Of a stretch of 64,000 bases of DNA, positions 16,419 through 25,829 are shown one piece after another. How positions within the stretch are numbered: the stretch's first letter is position 1; each line of letters starts with the position of its first letter. Source of the stretch: Bianqueaceae bacterium. GTDB taxonomy: Bacteria > Bacillota > Clostridia > Lachnospirales > Bianqueaceae. The notes under the pieces are model-generated. The model was not told the DNA's origin. It saw only the letters and a program-made list of their open reading frames with translations, and ran no database searches. The translations under genes were made by a program, and so were the position numbers. The stretch covers positions 752-64,751 of the forward strand of contig JAZUHB010000045.1 in the NCBI GenBank assembly GCA_045641505.1. Direction: 5' to 3'.

Positions 16419-19400
16419 TCAGTCCTCTTTCTTACGTTTTCCGATCAGGACGAAGAGCAGGACGAGCAGGCCCGCACCGACGGTGCCGACGCCCCAGATC
16501 CAGCCCTTGCCGCCCTTCTCGCCGGGCTCGGAGCCCTGAGACTCCTCGCCGCCGCCCTGAGATTCCTCGGGGGCCTCGGATTCCTCGGTGATCTTGGACT
16601 CCTCGACGGGCTCGGACTCGTTCTCGCTGTCCTCGGTGCTCTCCTCGGCGGGAATGTTGTCGTAGGGATTCAGGAACTCGCTTTCATCCGGAGGAGGCGG
16701 CAGCTGCACGTCGTCCGCCAGCTGATCCCGGGAGACCAGATAGCCGTAGAACTGCAGCTCGCGGAGCGCGGCGACGAAGCCGAGGTCGCAGGCCTCCAGC
16801 ACGGAGTAGAAGTGGACGCGCAGGTAGCGGCATTCCGCGGTCGTGAAGCGGAAGTTGTACCAGCCGCTGTCGGTGACCGCCGTATTGTTGTTGGTGTAGA
16901 GGGTCTTCCAGGTCTTGCCGTCGAGGGAGCCTTCCACGGTGAATCTCTTGGGAACGCCGAGGCCGGCGCCCTTCCACCAGGACTCGAACTTCATGCGGCC
17001 GACCTTGTAGATGCCGTCCAGACGGATCAGCAGGTAGGTATCGGTGGCGTTCTCGAAGGTCTTGCTTCCCTTGAAGCGGGCGTAGTAGTCGGCATCCTCC
17101 TCGGTGGTGGCGATGAAGAGGTATTCGCTGCGGTCCTCATCGTAGAGCGCGCCGGTGCCGTGGCCCCAGAGGCCGTAGGACTGATTCGCGCGGATGAGCG
17201 CCTTGGTAAGGTCGATCTTGTCGCCGTAGAGCGCGTCGAGCGCGGCAGGATCGGCGTTGCCGTAGAGCCGGAGCTCGGAGAGCACCGCGCATAGGCCGAG
17301 CTCGGCGCTCGCGGCCTCATCGACGCCGTTGACCGTGATCTTCACGTAGCGGACGCCTTCGGTGTAGCGGGACGGGAAGGCGTACCAACGGCCGTCGCCG
17401 TTCGCGAGGCTCACGTTGTTCTTCTGCACGGCGGTATGCCACTCGGTGCCGTCCAGGGAGACGCTCACGGTGAACTGGCTGGGCAGACCCTTCAGACTGT
17501 TCTCCTCCATGGAGGCGAAGCGCACGTACTGGATGTCGTAGGCGGTCTTCAGGTCGATGGTGATGGTGTTGTTCAGACGCGCGACGGGGCCGGTGATGCT
17601 GGAGTCCGCGGTCGCGAAGGTGCTGTAGTTGCCGATGCTGCCGTCGATCAGGGCCGCGGCGCCCCAGCCCCACATCTCGTAGGACTTGGAGGCGGTGACG
17701 ACATCCTGAGGATAACCGGTAGCCCAGGTGTAGTTGATGCCTTCGCCGGCCTTCCAGGTATCGATGTCGCGGACGTAGGAGCGGAGATCGATCTTGGAGG
17801 AGCCGTTGTAGACCTCGAATTCGCGCAGGTTGACGGTGTAGCCGATGTTGGGATCGCCGTCGCCGCCGACGTTGCGCACATAGATGCGGACGTAGCGGGC
17901 CGAGACGCTGCTGAAGCTGAAGCGGTAGTACTGCAGATCCTCGACGTCATAGACGTCCACGCTGCTCACGGTCTTCACGGTGGTCCAGCTGGAGCCGTTG
18001 TTGGAGACCTGGATGTCGAAGTCGACGGGGAAGCCGCCGAGATCGCCGCGGCGGAAGGACGCCAGGCGGATGGAGTTGAAGGTACGGGTGGTCTTCAGGT
18101 CGAGGCGGACCCAGGCGGGCGTCATGCCGGCACTGGGACGGCCGTCGTTCTTCTTGGCGATGAAGAGGGTGCCGAAATCGTTGTCGAAGAGGTTCTTCAG
18201 GCTGTTCGACACGAACTGCTCGGTGGCGGAGACGGAGGCCCTTCTCAGGTCGATCTCGTTGCCGTAGTTGACCTCCTCGTGGTTGACCTTCTCGCCGCAG
18301 ACCTGGAACTCACGCAGGCAGACGTACGGGCCGACGTCGCAGGGCGCGCCGACCGCCATGACGTTCATGCGGACGTAGCGGGCTTCGATCTCAGGGAAGG
18401 CAACCTCGTTCTTCAGCGTGCCGTCGGGATTGAAGTGGGCGTTGTGCTTCAGGGCGACTCTCGTCCAGTTGGTGCCGTCCTTGGAGACCTCCACGGAGAA
18501 CTGCAGGGGAAGACCCTGGTCGGCGCCGATGGCGTAGTTGTAGTAGATGAGCTTGTTGACCTTGTAGACTTCCTGCAGGTCGAGCTTGATCCACAGGTCG
18601 TTCACCGCGGTGCCAACCTCGGATTCCGCCACGCCGATGTAGCGGCCCTCACCGCCCCAGCTGCCGTCGATCAGGTTCGCGATGCCGAGGCCCCAGTTCT
18701 CGTAGGAATGGTTAGAGGTAATGACGTTCTGAGTGAAGTTGGAAGCGTTGCCGGAGTTGAGGCCAGCCACGAAATCGGTAAGGTCGATCACGGGCAGCTC
18801 GCGGTACTCGAAGGACTCCTGCGGCTCGTCGGGCTCTTCCTCGCTGCTCTCGGACTCGGGCTCGCTCTCGGGCTCGCCGGGATTCAGCGCTTCGCCGCAG
18901 ATCTGGAGCTCGTTCAGGCAGAGGTAGTCGCCCTGGTCGCCGGCGGCCTCGAGAGCCGTGACGTTCAGGCGGACGTAGCGGGCGTTCACTTCGTCGAAGA
19001 AGAAGCAGTTCGCACCGGTGGTGTTATCGGTGTTATGGGTGTAGCCGGTCTTGGTGAGAACCGTCGTCCAGTTCTCGCCATCCTCGGAGACCTCCACGGT
19101 GAAGTCAGTGGGGAAGCCGTTGCCGGCGCCGAACATGAAGCTGTGGAGGATGATCTCGTTGATCTTGTAGTCGTCCAGCAGATCCACGCGGATCCAGGTC
19201 GGCCAGTTGCTCACGCCGCCGGCGATGTCCGCGTCGGTCGCGCCGATGTAGCGGGAAGCCGCGCTGGCGTTGCCGTCGATCAGGTTCGCGATGCCGAGAC
19301 CCCAGTTCTCATAGGAATGGTTGGAGGTGATGACGCTCTGGGCGAAATTGGAGGCGCTGACCATGCCCTCGAGCGCGCCGGAAAGATCGATCACGTCATA

Positions 19401-22373
19401 CTGGGTAGGCGTGACGACGGTGCCGGGCAGCTCGCCGCAGACCTGGAACTCACGCAGGCAGACGTAGTTGCCGACGTCGCAGGGCGCGCCTACCGCCTGC
19501 ACGTTCATGCGGACGTAGCGGGCATCGGTCTCCGCGAAGGTGAATTCGCGCTTCAGCGTGCCGTCCTCGTTGTAGGTGACGTTCGTCTTGGTCAGCACGG
19601 TGGTCCAGGCGGTTCCGTCCTCGGAAACCTCGAAGGTGAAGTCGGCGGGGATGCCCTGATCGGAACCGATGGCATAGGTGTAGAAGATGAAGCGGTTCAG
19701 CGTGTAGACCTCCTGCAGATCCATATGGATCCACAGATTGGTCACTGCGGTGCCGACTTCGGACTCGGCCGCGCCGACATAGCGGCCGCTGCCGGACCAG
19801 TCACCGTCGATCAGGTTCGCGATACCAAGACCCCAGTTCTCGTAAGAATGGTTGGAGGTGATGATGCTCTGCGGGAAGTTGGAAGCGTTGCCGGCGTTGA
19901 GGCCGCCCACGAAGCTGCTGAGGTCGATCACGGGCAGATTGCGGGCCTCGGGCTCGCTCTCAGGCTCGGATTCGGACTCGGACTCGGGCTCGCTCTCGGA
20001 CTCGGGTTCGCTCTCGCTCTCGGGCTCGGATTCGGGTTCGCTCTCGGATTCGGGTTCGGAGCTGGGCTCGCTCTCGGGCTCGGATTCGCTCTCCTCCGTT
20101 CCGACTGCGTAGCCGTAGGGGAAGAAGCCGCGCATGCCGAAGTAGCAGCCGGAACCGCCGGGCGCGGAGCCGGTGATGTGCATGCGGATGAACTGCGCCT
20201 GCATCGGAACGAGCAGGTAGCTGCGGAGAGTCTCGGCGTTGGAGTCGCCGGTCACGGTGCAGACCGTGGTCCAGTTCACGCCGTCTTCGGAAACATCGAA
20301 GGTGTAGTCGGTGGGGTAATAGGTCGGATCCGCCTCGGAGGGCCAGGTCTCGACGCGCTCGACGACGTACTCGCCGTCGAACTGGAAGACCACGTCACCG
20401 GTGCCCTGGTTCGTATAGCAGCCGGAACCCCAGGTGTCGTTGGTGAGGTTTTCCTTCACGGTGGACCAGATCTCCGTGCCGGGCACGGCGATACAGGTAG
20501 AGGGAATCAGCGCGGTGGCGGGATGGGGCTCGCTCTCCGGCTCGGACTCGGGCTCGGATTCGGGTTCGGATTCGGACTCGGGCTCGGACTCAGGCTCGCT
20601 CTCAGACTCGGGCTCGCTCTCAGGCTCGCTCTCAGGCTCGCTCTCGGACTCGGGCTCGCTCTCAGGCTCGGAGGACTCTTCTTCATCCGCGGGCACGCCG
20701 CAGACGGTGAATTCGTTCAGGCACAGGCGGTTGCCCTGGTCGCCGTCGGCCTCGAGGGCCGTCACGTTCAGGCGGATGTAGCGGGCTTCCGTCTCAGGGA
20801 AGATCAGCTCGTTGGCATTGGTCGTGCCGTCAGAGGTATGGACATAGCCGGTCTCGGTGCGGACCGTGGTCCAGGTCACGCCGTCCTCGGAGACCTCGAT
20901 CGTGAAGTCAGCGGGGAAGCCGTTGCCGGCGCCGTTGATGTAGCTGCGGAGGATCAGGCGGTTGACCGCGTACACCTCCTGCATATCCATCAGGATCCAG
21001 GTGGGCAGGGTGTTCACGCCGCCGGCGATCTCCGCGTCGGAGCCCGCGATGTAGCGGGTGGAGGGATCGTTGTCGATCAGGTTCGCGATGCCCAGACCCC
21101 AGGCTTCATTGGAGTGGTTGGAGCTGATGATGCTCTGCGCGAAGCCGGAAGCGGAGGTCATGCCGGCCAGGTAGCCGGTGAAGTCGATGGCGGGCAGCTC
21201 GCGGTAGGGACGGGACTCCTCACCGGACTCGGGCTCGGACTCGGGCTCGGAGGATTCCTCCTCGGTCGGAATCTCACCGCAGACGGTGAATTCGTTCAGG
21301 CACAGGCGGTTGCCCTGGTCGCCGTCAGCCTCGAGGGCCGTCACTTCCAGGCGGATGTAACGGGCTTCCGTCTCAGGGAAGATCAGCTCGTTGGCGTTGG
21401 TCGTGCCGTCAGAGGTATGGACGTAGCCGGTCTCGGTGCGGACCGTGGTCCACTCCGTGCCGTCCTCGGAAACCTCGATCGTAAAGGCGGAGGGGAAGCC
21501 GGCGCCGGAGCCGTTCATGAAGCTGCGGAGGATCAGGCGGTTGACCGCGTAAATCTGCTGCAGATCCACCAGAATCCAGGTGGGCAGGGTGTTCACGCCG
21601 CCGGCGATCTCCGCGTCGGAACCCGCGATGTAGCGGGTGGAGGGATCGTTGTCGATCAGGTTCGCGACGCCCAGACCCCAGGCTTCGTTGGAGTGGTTGG
21701 TGCTGATGACGCTCTGCGCGAAACCGGAGGCGGAGGTCATGCCGGCCAGCGCGCCGGAAAGGTCGATGGCGGGCAGCTCGCGGTAGGGACGGGGCTCCTC
21801 GCCGGACTCGGGCTCGGACTCGGGCTCGGACTCAGACTCAGGCTCGGATTCGGGCTCGGAAGTCTCTTCCGCCACGGGAACTCCGTAGGCAAACATGCCG
21901 CGAAGGTCCAGAACCGCGCCGGCGTCACCGGCCAGCGGCGCCGTGATGTGCATGCGCAGATATCGGCCCTCCGTGGGCGTGAACGTATAGTTACGTTCAT
22001 AGGAATCATTCGCGTCGTCAGTCACGGAGAAGACCGTGACCCAGGTCGTACCGTCCTCGGACAGGTCGAAGCTGTAGTCCTTCGGATAGTAGAGACCGTA
22101 GTTTTCCGCGGGCCAGGTCATGACCCGGTCGACCGTGTACAGGCTTCCGAAATCCAGCACGATGTCGCCTGTCACGGTAGCGGAAACCGAAGCGCTCGAC
22201 CAGTCAGAGTCAGTCAGACTGCCAAGTGTTCCGCCCCAGATCATGTCTCCGGGGAAGGCGATGCAGGTCGCATCGATCTGCGCGGAATCCGCGGCGACGT
22301 CGGCCGCCCGGAGACCGGACAGGGTGCTGAGGATCAACGTGCTGCAAAGCAGCATGGCCAGCACTTTTTTCAT
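16419..22373 (-). CDS. 1,984-aa surface protein: signal peptide, ten F5/8 type C (discoidin/CBM32-like) domains, (SEPE)n linkers, C-terminal TM anchor
   Basis: Ten repeats of the pattern W(I/V)x(V/L)DL...F(T/S)(I/V)EVS.DG..W(T)TV...ARY(V/I)R(L/M)...L.E(F/L)x(V/I)(C/Y)G. C-terminus GWIWGVGTVGAGLLVLLFVLIGKRKKED with no LPXTG. Confidence 0.9.
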   Translation of the reverse strand: MKKVLAMLLCSTLILSTLSGLRAADVAADSAQIDATCIAFPGDMIWGGTLGSLTDSDWSSASVSATVTGDIVLDFGSLYTVDRVMTWPAENYGLYYPKDYSFDLSEDGTTWVTVFSVTDDANDSYERNYTFTPTEGRYLRMHITAPLAGDAGAVLDLRGMFAYGVPVAEETSEPESEPESESEPESEPESGEEPRPYRELPAIDLSGALAGMTSASGFAQSVISTNHSNEAWGLGVANLIDNDPSTRYIAGSDAEIAGGVNTLPTWILVDLQQIYAVNRLILRSFMNGSGAGFPSAFTIEVSEDGTEWTTVRTETGYVHTSDGTTNANELIFPETEARYIRLEVTALEADGDQGNRLCLNEFTVCGEIPTEEESSEPESEPESGEESRPYRELPAIDFTGYLAGMTSASGFAQSIISSNHSNEAWGLGIANLIDNDPSTRYIAGSDAEIAGGVNTLPTWILMDMQEVYAVNRLILRSYINGAGNGFPADFTIEVSEDGVTWTTVRTETGYVHTSDGTTNANELIFPETEARYIRLNVTALEADGDQGNRLCLNEFTVCGVPADEEESSEPESEPESESEPESEPESEPESESEPESEPESESEPESEPESEPESEPHPATALIPSTCIAVPGTEIWSTVKENLTNDTWGSGCYTNQGTGDVVFQFDGEYVVERVETWPSEADPTYYPTDYTFDVSEDGVNWTTVCTVTGDSNAETLRSYLLVPMQAQFIRMHITGSAPGGSGCYFGMRGFFPYGYAVGTEESESEPESEPSSEPESESEPESEPESESEPESESEPESESESEPESEPEARNLPVIDLSSFVGGLNAGNASNFPQSIITSNHSYENWGLGIANLIDGDWSGSGRYVGAAESEVGTAVTNLWIHMDLQEVYTLNRFIFYTYAIGSDQGIPADFTFEVSEDGTAWTTVLTKTNVTYNEDGTLKREFTFAETDARYVRMNVQAVGAPCDVGNYVCLREFQVCGELPGTVVTPTQYDVIDLSGALEGMVSASNFAQSVITSNHSYENWGLGIANLIDGNASAASRYIGATDADIAGGVSNWPTWIRVDLLDDYKINEIILHSFMFGAGNGFPTDFTVEVSEDGENWTTVLTKTGYTHNTDNTTGANCFFFDEVNARYVRLNVTALEAAGDQGDYLCLNELQICGEALNPGEPESEPESESSEEEPDEPQESFEYRELPVIDLTDFVAGLNSGNASNFTQNVITSNHSYENWGLGIANLIDGSWGGEGRYIGVAESEVGTAVNDLWIKLDLQEVYKVNKLIYYNYAIGADQGLPLQFSVEVSKDGTNWTRVALKHNAHFNPDGTLKNEVAFPEIEARYVRMNVMAVGAPCDVGPYVCLREFQVCGEKVNHEEVNYGNEIDLRRASVSATEQFVSNSLKNLFDNDFGTLFIAKKNDGRPSAGMTPAWVRLDLKTTRTFNSIRLASFRRGDLGGFPVDFDIQVSNNGSSWTTVKTVSSVDVYDVEDLQYYRFSFSSVSARYVRIYVRNVGGDGDPNIGYTVNLREFEVYNGSSKIDLRSYVRDIDTWKAGEGINYTWATGYPQDVVTASKSYEMWGWGAAALIDGSIGNYSTFATADSSITGPVARLNNTITIDLKTAYDIQYVRFASMEENSLKGLPSQFTVSVSLDGTEWHTAVQKNNVSLANGDGRWYAFPSRYTEGVRYVKITVNGVDEAASAELGLCAVLSELRLYGNADPAALDALYGDKIDLTKALIRANQSYGLWGHGTGALYDEDRSEYLFIATTEEDADYYARFKGSKTFENATDTYLLIRLDGIYKVGRMKFESWWKGAGLGVPKRFTVEGSLDGKTWKTLYTNNNTAVTDSGWYNFRFTTAECRYLRVHFYSVLEACDLGFVAALRELQFYGYLVSRDQLADDVQLPPPPDESEFLNPYDNIPAEESTEDSENESEPVEESKITEESEAPEESQGGGEESQGSEPGEKGGKGWIWGVGTVGAGLLVLLFVLIGKRKKED
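19945..20095. repeat. coding microsatellite-like array (GGCTCGGACTCG-type 6/12-nt units) encoding (SEPE)n
   Basis: Seen directly. Encodes SESEPESEPSSEPESESEPESEPESESEPESESEPESESESEPESEPE. Confidence 0.9.
20527..20680. repeat. second long (SEPE)n-coding array in the giant gene
   Basis: Seen directly. Shorter arrays also at ~18825-18880, 21230-21270 and 21795-21860. Confidence 0.9.
20696..21790. repeat. tandem ~580-bp duplication inside the giant gene (discoidin domains 2 and 3)
   Basis: 20701-21220 aligns base for base with 21281-21800, with scattered substitutions (roughly 90-95% identity by eye). Confidence 0.85.
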
Positions 22374-22392
22374 GTCGTTTTCCTCCTGAAAT

Positions 22393-23304
22393 TTATTCTT
22401 TCACTGAACCGATGGTAATACCTTTATTAAAATATCCTTGCACGAAGGGATATACCAAGAGGATCGGGATGATGGTGACGATCAGCGCCGCCATCTGGAT
22501 CGAGATCTTCGAGACCTTGGTCACGTCGTAGTCGCCGAAGGCCGAGAGGTCGTCCTGGATCAGCATCTCGCGGAGCACGTTCTGGATCAGGTATTTCTTC
22601 TTGTCCTTCACGAAGAGGACCGCGGAGAACCAGTTGTTCCAGACGCCGACGCCGTTGAAGAGCGCCATGGTCGCGATGATGGGCTTGGAGAGCGGGAACA
22701 CGATCCGGAAGAGGATCGTCAGGTACGGAGCGCCGTCGATGACGGCCGCCTCCTCCAGGCTGTGCGGCAGCGCGTTGATGAAGTTCTTCATCAGGATCAC
22801 GGTGTAGGGCGCGACGACGCCGGGCAGGATGTAGACCAGCACCTTATCGGTGAGCTTCAGGCTGTCAATCAGCAGGTAGAAGGGGATTGTACCGCCGGAG
22901 AAGAGCATCGCGAAGGTGAAGATGAAGAGCAGCGCCGTGCGGCCGGGCAGATCGTGATGCGAAAGCACGAAGGCCGCCGCCATGCACAGCAGGATGTGGA
23001 GCGTGGTGTTCGCCGCGACCACGAAGAGCGTGAGGCCCGTGGCGCGGAGCACCTCCTTGTTGAACAGGATCTTGTACGCGTCGAACTGGAGCCCGCGCGG
23101 GAAGATCATCATCGGCTCCGCGATCGTGGACGCGTAATCCGAAAGCGACAGGGAGATGATGTTCATGAAGGGGATCACGATGACCAAAAGCAGCAGGATC
23201 ATGAAGAAATAGATGATCGCGTCGCCCACGCCGAAGCGCTCGGTCTTCGCGGCGGGCGACTGCTGGACGCCCTCCTCTTCGCGGAAACGTCTTTTCTTTA
23301 CCAT
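22393..23304 (-). CDS. carbohydrate ABC transporter permease (LplC/BPD_transp_1 type)
   Basis: Six hydrophobic helices and an EAA-loop-like SLEEAAVIDGA. Overlaps the upstream permease stop. Confidence 0.9.
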   Translation of the reverse strand: MVKKRRFREEEGVQQSPAAKTERFGVGDAIIYFFMILLLLVIVIPFMNIISLSLSDYASTIAEPMMIFPRGLQFDAYKILFNKEVLRATGLTLFVVAANTTLHILLCMAAAFVLSHHDLPGRTALLFIFTFAMLFSGGTIPFYLLIDSLKLTDKVLVYILPGVVAPYTVILMKNFINALPHSLEEAAVIDGAPYLTILFRIVFPLSKPIIATMALFNGVGVWNNWFSAVLFVKDKKKYLIQNVLREMLIQDDLSAFGDYDVTKVSKISIQMAALIVTIIPILLVYPFVQGYFNKGITIGSVKE

Positions 23305-24239
23305 AAGCCCTCACCTCCCAGCTTGTCGGCGATCTTGTTCGTGATCACGATCAGGATCAGGCCGATGACGGATTTGACGAGGCCCAGGGCCGTGGCGACT
23401 TCGAAGTTGCCGGAGACGAGACCCATGCGGTACACGTAGGTATCGATGATGTCCGCGGTGTCGTAGACGACGGCCGAGTAAAGATTGAAGATCTGGTCGA
23501 AGCCGGCGCTCAGGATACCGGAGATCGAAAGGATCAGGTTGATGGAGATGGCCATCGACAGACAGGGCAGCGTCACGTAGCGCATCTTCTGCCAGCGGTT
23601 CGCGCCGTCCACCGTCGCCGCCTCGTAGAGGGTCGGGTCGATGCCTGCAATCGCGGCCATGTAGATGATGCTGCCGTAACCCATGTCCTTCCAGATGGCG
23701 CTGATGATCAGCGCGAAGATGAACCAGTTCGGGTCGGTCAGGAAGGGGATGCCCTTGCCGCCCAGCGACTTGATCAGCGAGTTGATCATGCCGTCGCCGC
23801 TCATCATCGTGCGGACGATGCCGGCCACGACGATCCAGGAGAGGAAGTAGGGCAGGTAGACCGCGGTCTGCACGGTCTTCTTGAAGCGGGGATGACGGAT
23901 CTCGTTGAGAAACAGGGCCAGAAGGATCGGGGCCGGGAAGCCGAACACGAGCCGCAGCACGCTGATGCGGATGGTGTTCAGGGTGACCTTCCAGAAATCG
24001 GTGCCGCCGAGGGCGGACCGGAAGTGCTTGAAGAGGGGTTGGACGAAGTCGCTGTACCACATGCCGAGGCGCGGCGAGTAGTCCTTGAAGGCGATGATGA
24101 TGCCGCCCATCGGCAGATACGAGAAGACGATCAGGGAGATGAGCGGGGGCAGGAGGATCAGGTAGAGCGGAAGATACTTGCGGAACTTCCGCCAGCCAGC
24201 GCCCTTTGCCCGGGCAGGTCTTTCGGCTTTTTGTTTCAT
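23298..24239 (-). CDS. carbohydrate ABC transporter permease (LplB type)
   Basis: EAA-loop-like LYEAATVDGANRWQK. 313 aa polytopic. Confidence 0.9.
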   Translation of the reverse strand: MKQKAERPARAKGAGWRKFRKYLPLYLILLPPLISLIVFSYLPMGGIIIAFKDYSPRLGMWYSDFVQPLFKHFRSALGGTDFWKVTLNTIRISVLRLVFGFPAPILLALFLNEIRHPRFKKTVQTAVYLPYFLSWIVVAGIVRTMMSGDGMINSLIKSLGGKGIPFLTDPNWFIFALIISAIWKDMGYGSIIYMAAIAGIDPTLYEAATVDGANRWQKMRYVTLPCLSMAISINLILSISGILSAGFDQIFNLYSAVVYDTADIIDTYVYRMGLVSGNFEVATALGLVKSVIGLILIVITNKIADKLGGEGLW

Positions 24240-24279
24240 TGCTTACCTCGCGGAAAGGGTTCTCGCGAACCCGTTTTCT

Positions 24280-25029
24280 TTATTCGAACCCCCGGGGCGT
24301 GAAAGGGCCCCAGATGTCGGAAAGGAAGTCGCAGGCGTCGGCGGTCCAGCCGGGAAGGCGGGAGCAGCCGGGCGCAATCTGAAGGTAGGGCTCACCGGTG
24401 GTGAAGCCGTGCTCGCCGCGGACGTACATGTGGAGCTCGCAGGGGATCTGCGCCTTCACCAGCGCAGCGGCCCAGTCGAGGCCGTTCTGCGGCGCGATCA
24501 TGCTGTCGTCCGCCGCCATGAAGACGAAGGAAGGCGGCGTGTCGGGGCCGACCGCCTCGAGCGGCCGGGGCAGCCCGGGCAGGCAGAAATCGCAGGCCTC
24601 GGGCAGGATCACGGGGTAGCCGAGGACCGTCGCCGCGGGCTTTTCTTCGAGCAGCACGCTCGCGCAGGCGGCGAGATGGGCGCCGGCGGAGAAGCCGCAG
24701 AGGGCGATCCGGTCGGGATCGGTGTGCCATTCGTCCCGCTTCGCGCGGATCAGGCGGAGCGCCGCGTCGGTCTCCTCAAGGGGCTGCGGCCAGATGGGCG
24801 AGCCGTCCTTCGAAACGGAATAGCGCAGGATGTAGGCCTGAAAGCCCGCCTTCGCGAAGCAGAGCGCTACGGGCTCGGCCTCGCGGTCGGAAAGCATCCG
24901 GTAGCCGCCGCCCGGCAGGACCAGCACGGCGGGACGCTCGCGGACGGCGCCGTAGAGGCCGCCCACGTCCTGAAGCAGGGCACTGAGCCTCGCGCCCCGT
25001 TCGTTCAGCTCGATATTTTCGTATCTCAT
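24280..25029 (-). CDS. alpha/beta-hydrolase esterase (acetyl-esterase-like)
   Basis: LVLPGGGY oxyanion region and nucleophile elbow GFSAGAH. 249 aa. Confidence 0.8.
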   Translation of the reverse strand: MRYENIELNERGARLSALLQDVGGLYGAVRERPAVLVLPGGGYRMLSDREAEPVALCFAKAGFQAYILRYSVSKDGSPIWPQPLEETDAALRLIRAKRDEWHTDPDRIALCGFSAGAHLAACASVLLEEKPAATVLGYPVILPEACDFCLPGLPRPLEAVGPDTPPSFVFMAADDSMIAPQNGLDWAAALVKAQIPCELHMYVRGEHGFTTGEPYLQIAPGCSRLPGWTADACDFLSDIWGPFTPRGFE

Positions 25030-25040
25030 AGGCTTAAGCT

Positions 25041-25589
25041 TCAGTTCAGCGGAATGATGACTTCGCGGAAGCCCTGGACGTCGTAGACGTAGTGGAAATC
25101 GACGGGGACGAAGTCCTCGGGCAGCGCGAAGACCGCGACGAGCTCGATCGTCTCGCCGGGCGCGATGGCCTGTCCCAGGAGGCTGTTGCCCTCGAGGTCA
25201 TAGATTTCGGTCAGATAGCTGGTGTGCTTGGTGGCGTCGCGCAGACGGAAGCGGTTCTTCGCCTCGAGGCCCTGGCCTTTTTTCTCGTCCTCGGTGCAGC
25301 GAAGGCTGAGCCGGAGCTCGGCGCGGCCGGGCTCATAGACGTAGGAATGGATCGTGACGCGGTAGCCCTCGGTGCCGAATTCCTGCTCCAGGAAGGCGTA
25401 GACGGACTCCTCGCTCTCCTCGGACTCGGGTTCGCTCTGGGCGGTGCTTTCGGCGACGGACTCCTCGGTGCTCTCAGACACGGGCGGCTCGCTCTCCTGC
25501 GGCCCCGGCGCGATGCAGGCGCAGAGTGACAGGGTAAAAAGGGACACTAAAAACAGGGCTGACAGCTTCACCTGGGTATTATGCTTCAC
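25041..25589 (-). CDS. hypothetical lipoprotein (acidic stalk plus ~110-aa beta-rich domain)
   Basis: Start set at the GTG preceded by GAGAGGAG; the track ORF extends to 25634. Signal KLSALFLVSLFTLSLCAC. Confidence 0.55.
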   Translation of the reverse strand: MKHNTQVKLSALFLVSLFTLSLCACIAPGPQESEPPVSESTEESVAESTAQSEPESEESEESVYAFLEQEFGTEGYRVTIHSYVYEPGRAELRLSLRCTEDEKKGQGLEAKNRFRLRDATKHTSYLTEIYDLEGNSLLGQAIAPGETIELVAVFALPEDFVPVDFHYVYDVQGFREVIIPLN

Positions 25590-25649
25590 GGAACGAGACT
25601 CCTCTCGGGGAAGATTTTCAGAACAAAAAAACACGATGGGATTGAGGAC

Positions 25650-25678
25650 AGTTTATCATCTTCCCACCGTGTTTGCAA
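25650..25678 (-). promoter_or_regulatory. candidate promoter of the ~20-kb glycan operon
   Basis: Minus strand reads TTGCAA-17 nt-TAAACT with a TGn extended -10. Confidence 0.35.
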
Positions 25679-25683
25679 GAACT

Positions 25684-25759
25684 TTTTCGAAAACCTAAAA
25701 TTTGTTCAAAAAGTTTCGAAACTTTTTTCAGCGTGTTTTTTCGAAAAAATTTTCGAAAG
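25684..25759. promoter_or_regulatory. cluster of four TTTCGAAA-centred palindromes (candidate operator sites)
   Basis: 25684-25693 TTTTCGAAAA; 25708-25727 AAAAAGTTTCGAAACTTTTT (20-bp perfect palindrome); 25736-25749 TTTTTTCGAAAAAA; 25751-25758 TTTCGAAA. Confidence 0.45.
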
Positions 25760-25829
25760 AAAATCAGGGCGCGAAGGCGCGGCTTCTTTCGGGCTTCAAC
25801 CGCCGTTTCAGCCGGGCGCCGCGGCGGCT

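Noticed and set aside
20696-21790. Diversity-generating retroelement (template/variable repeat pair) acting on a lectin-like domain
   Set aside because: The differences between the two copies are of all substitution types rather than adenine-specific. No reverse transcriptase is present in the window.
19945-21860. Regular short repeats as a possible CRISPR array
   Set aside because: The units are 6-12 nt, contiguous, without spacers, in frame and translated as (SEPE)n linkers. No cas genes are present.
17436-22418. 1,660-aa ORF on the plus strand
   Set aside because: It is antisense to the giant discoidin gene. Its translation is low-complexity Gly/Ala/Val/Asp-rich with no motifs. This is a typical shadow ORF in GC-rich DNA, whereas the minus-strand frame has clear domain repeats, a signal peptide and an anchor.
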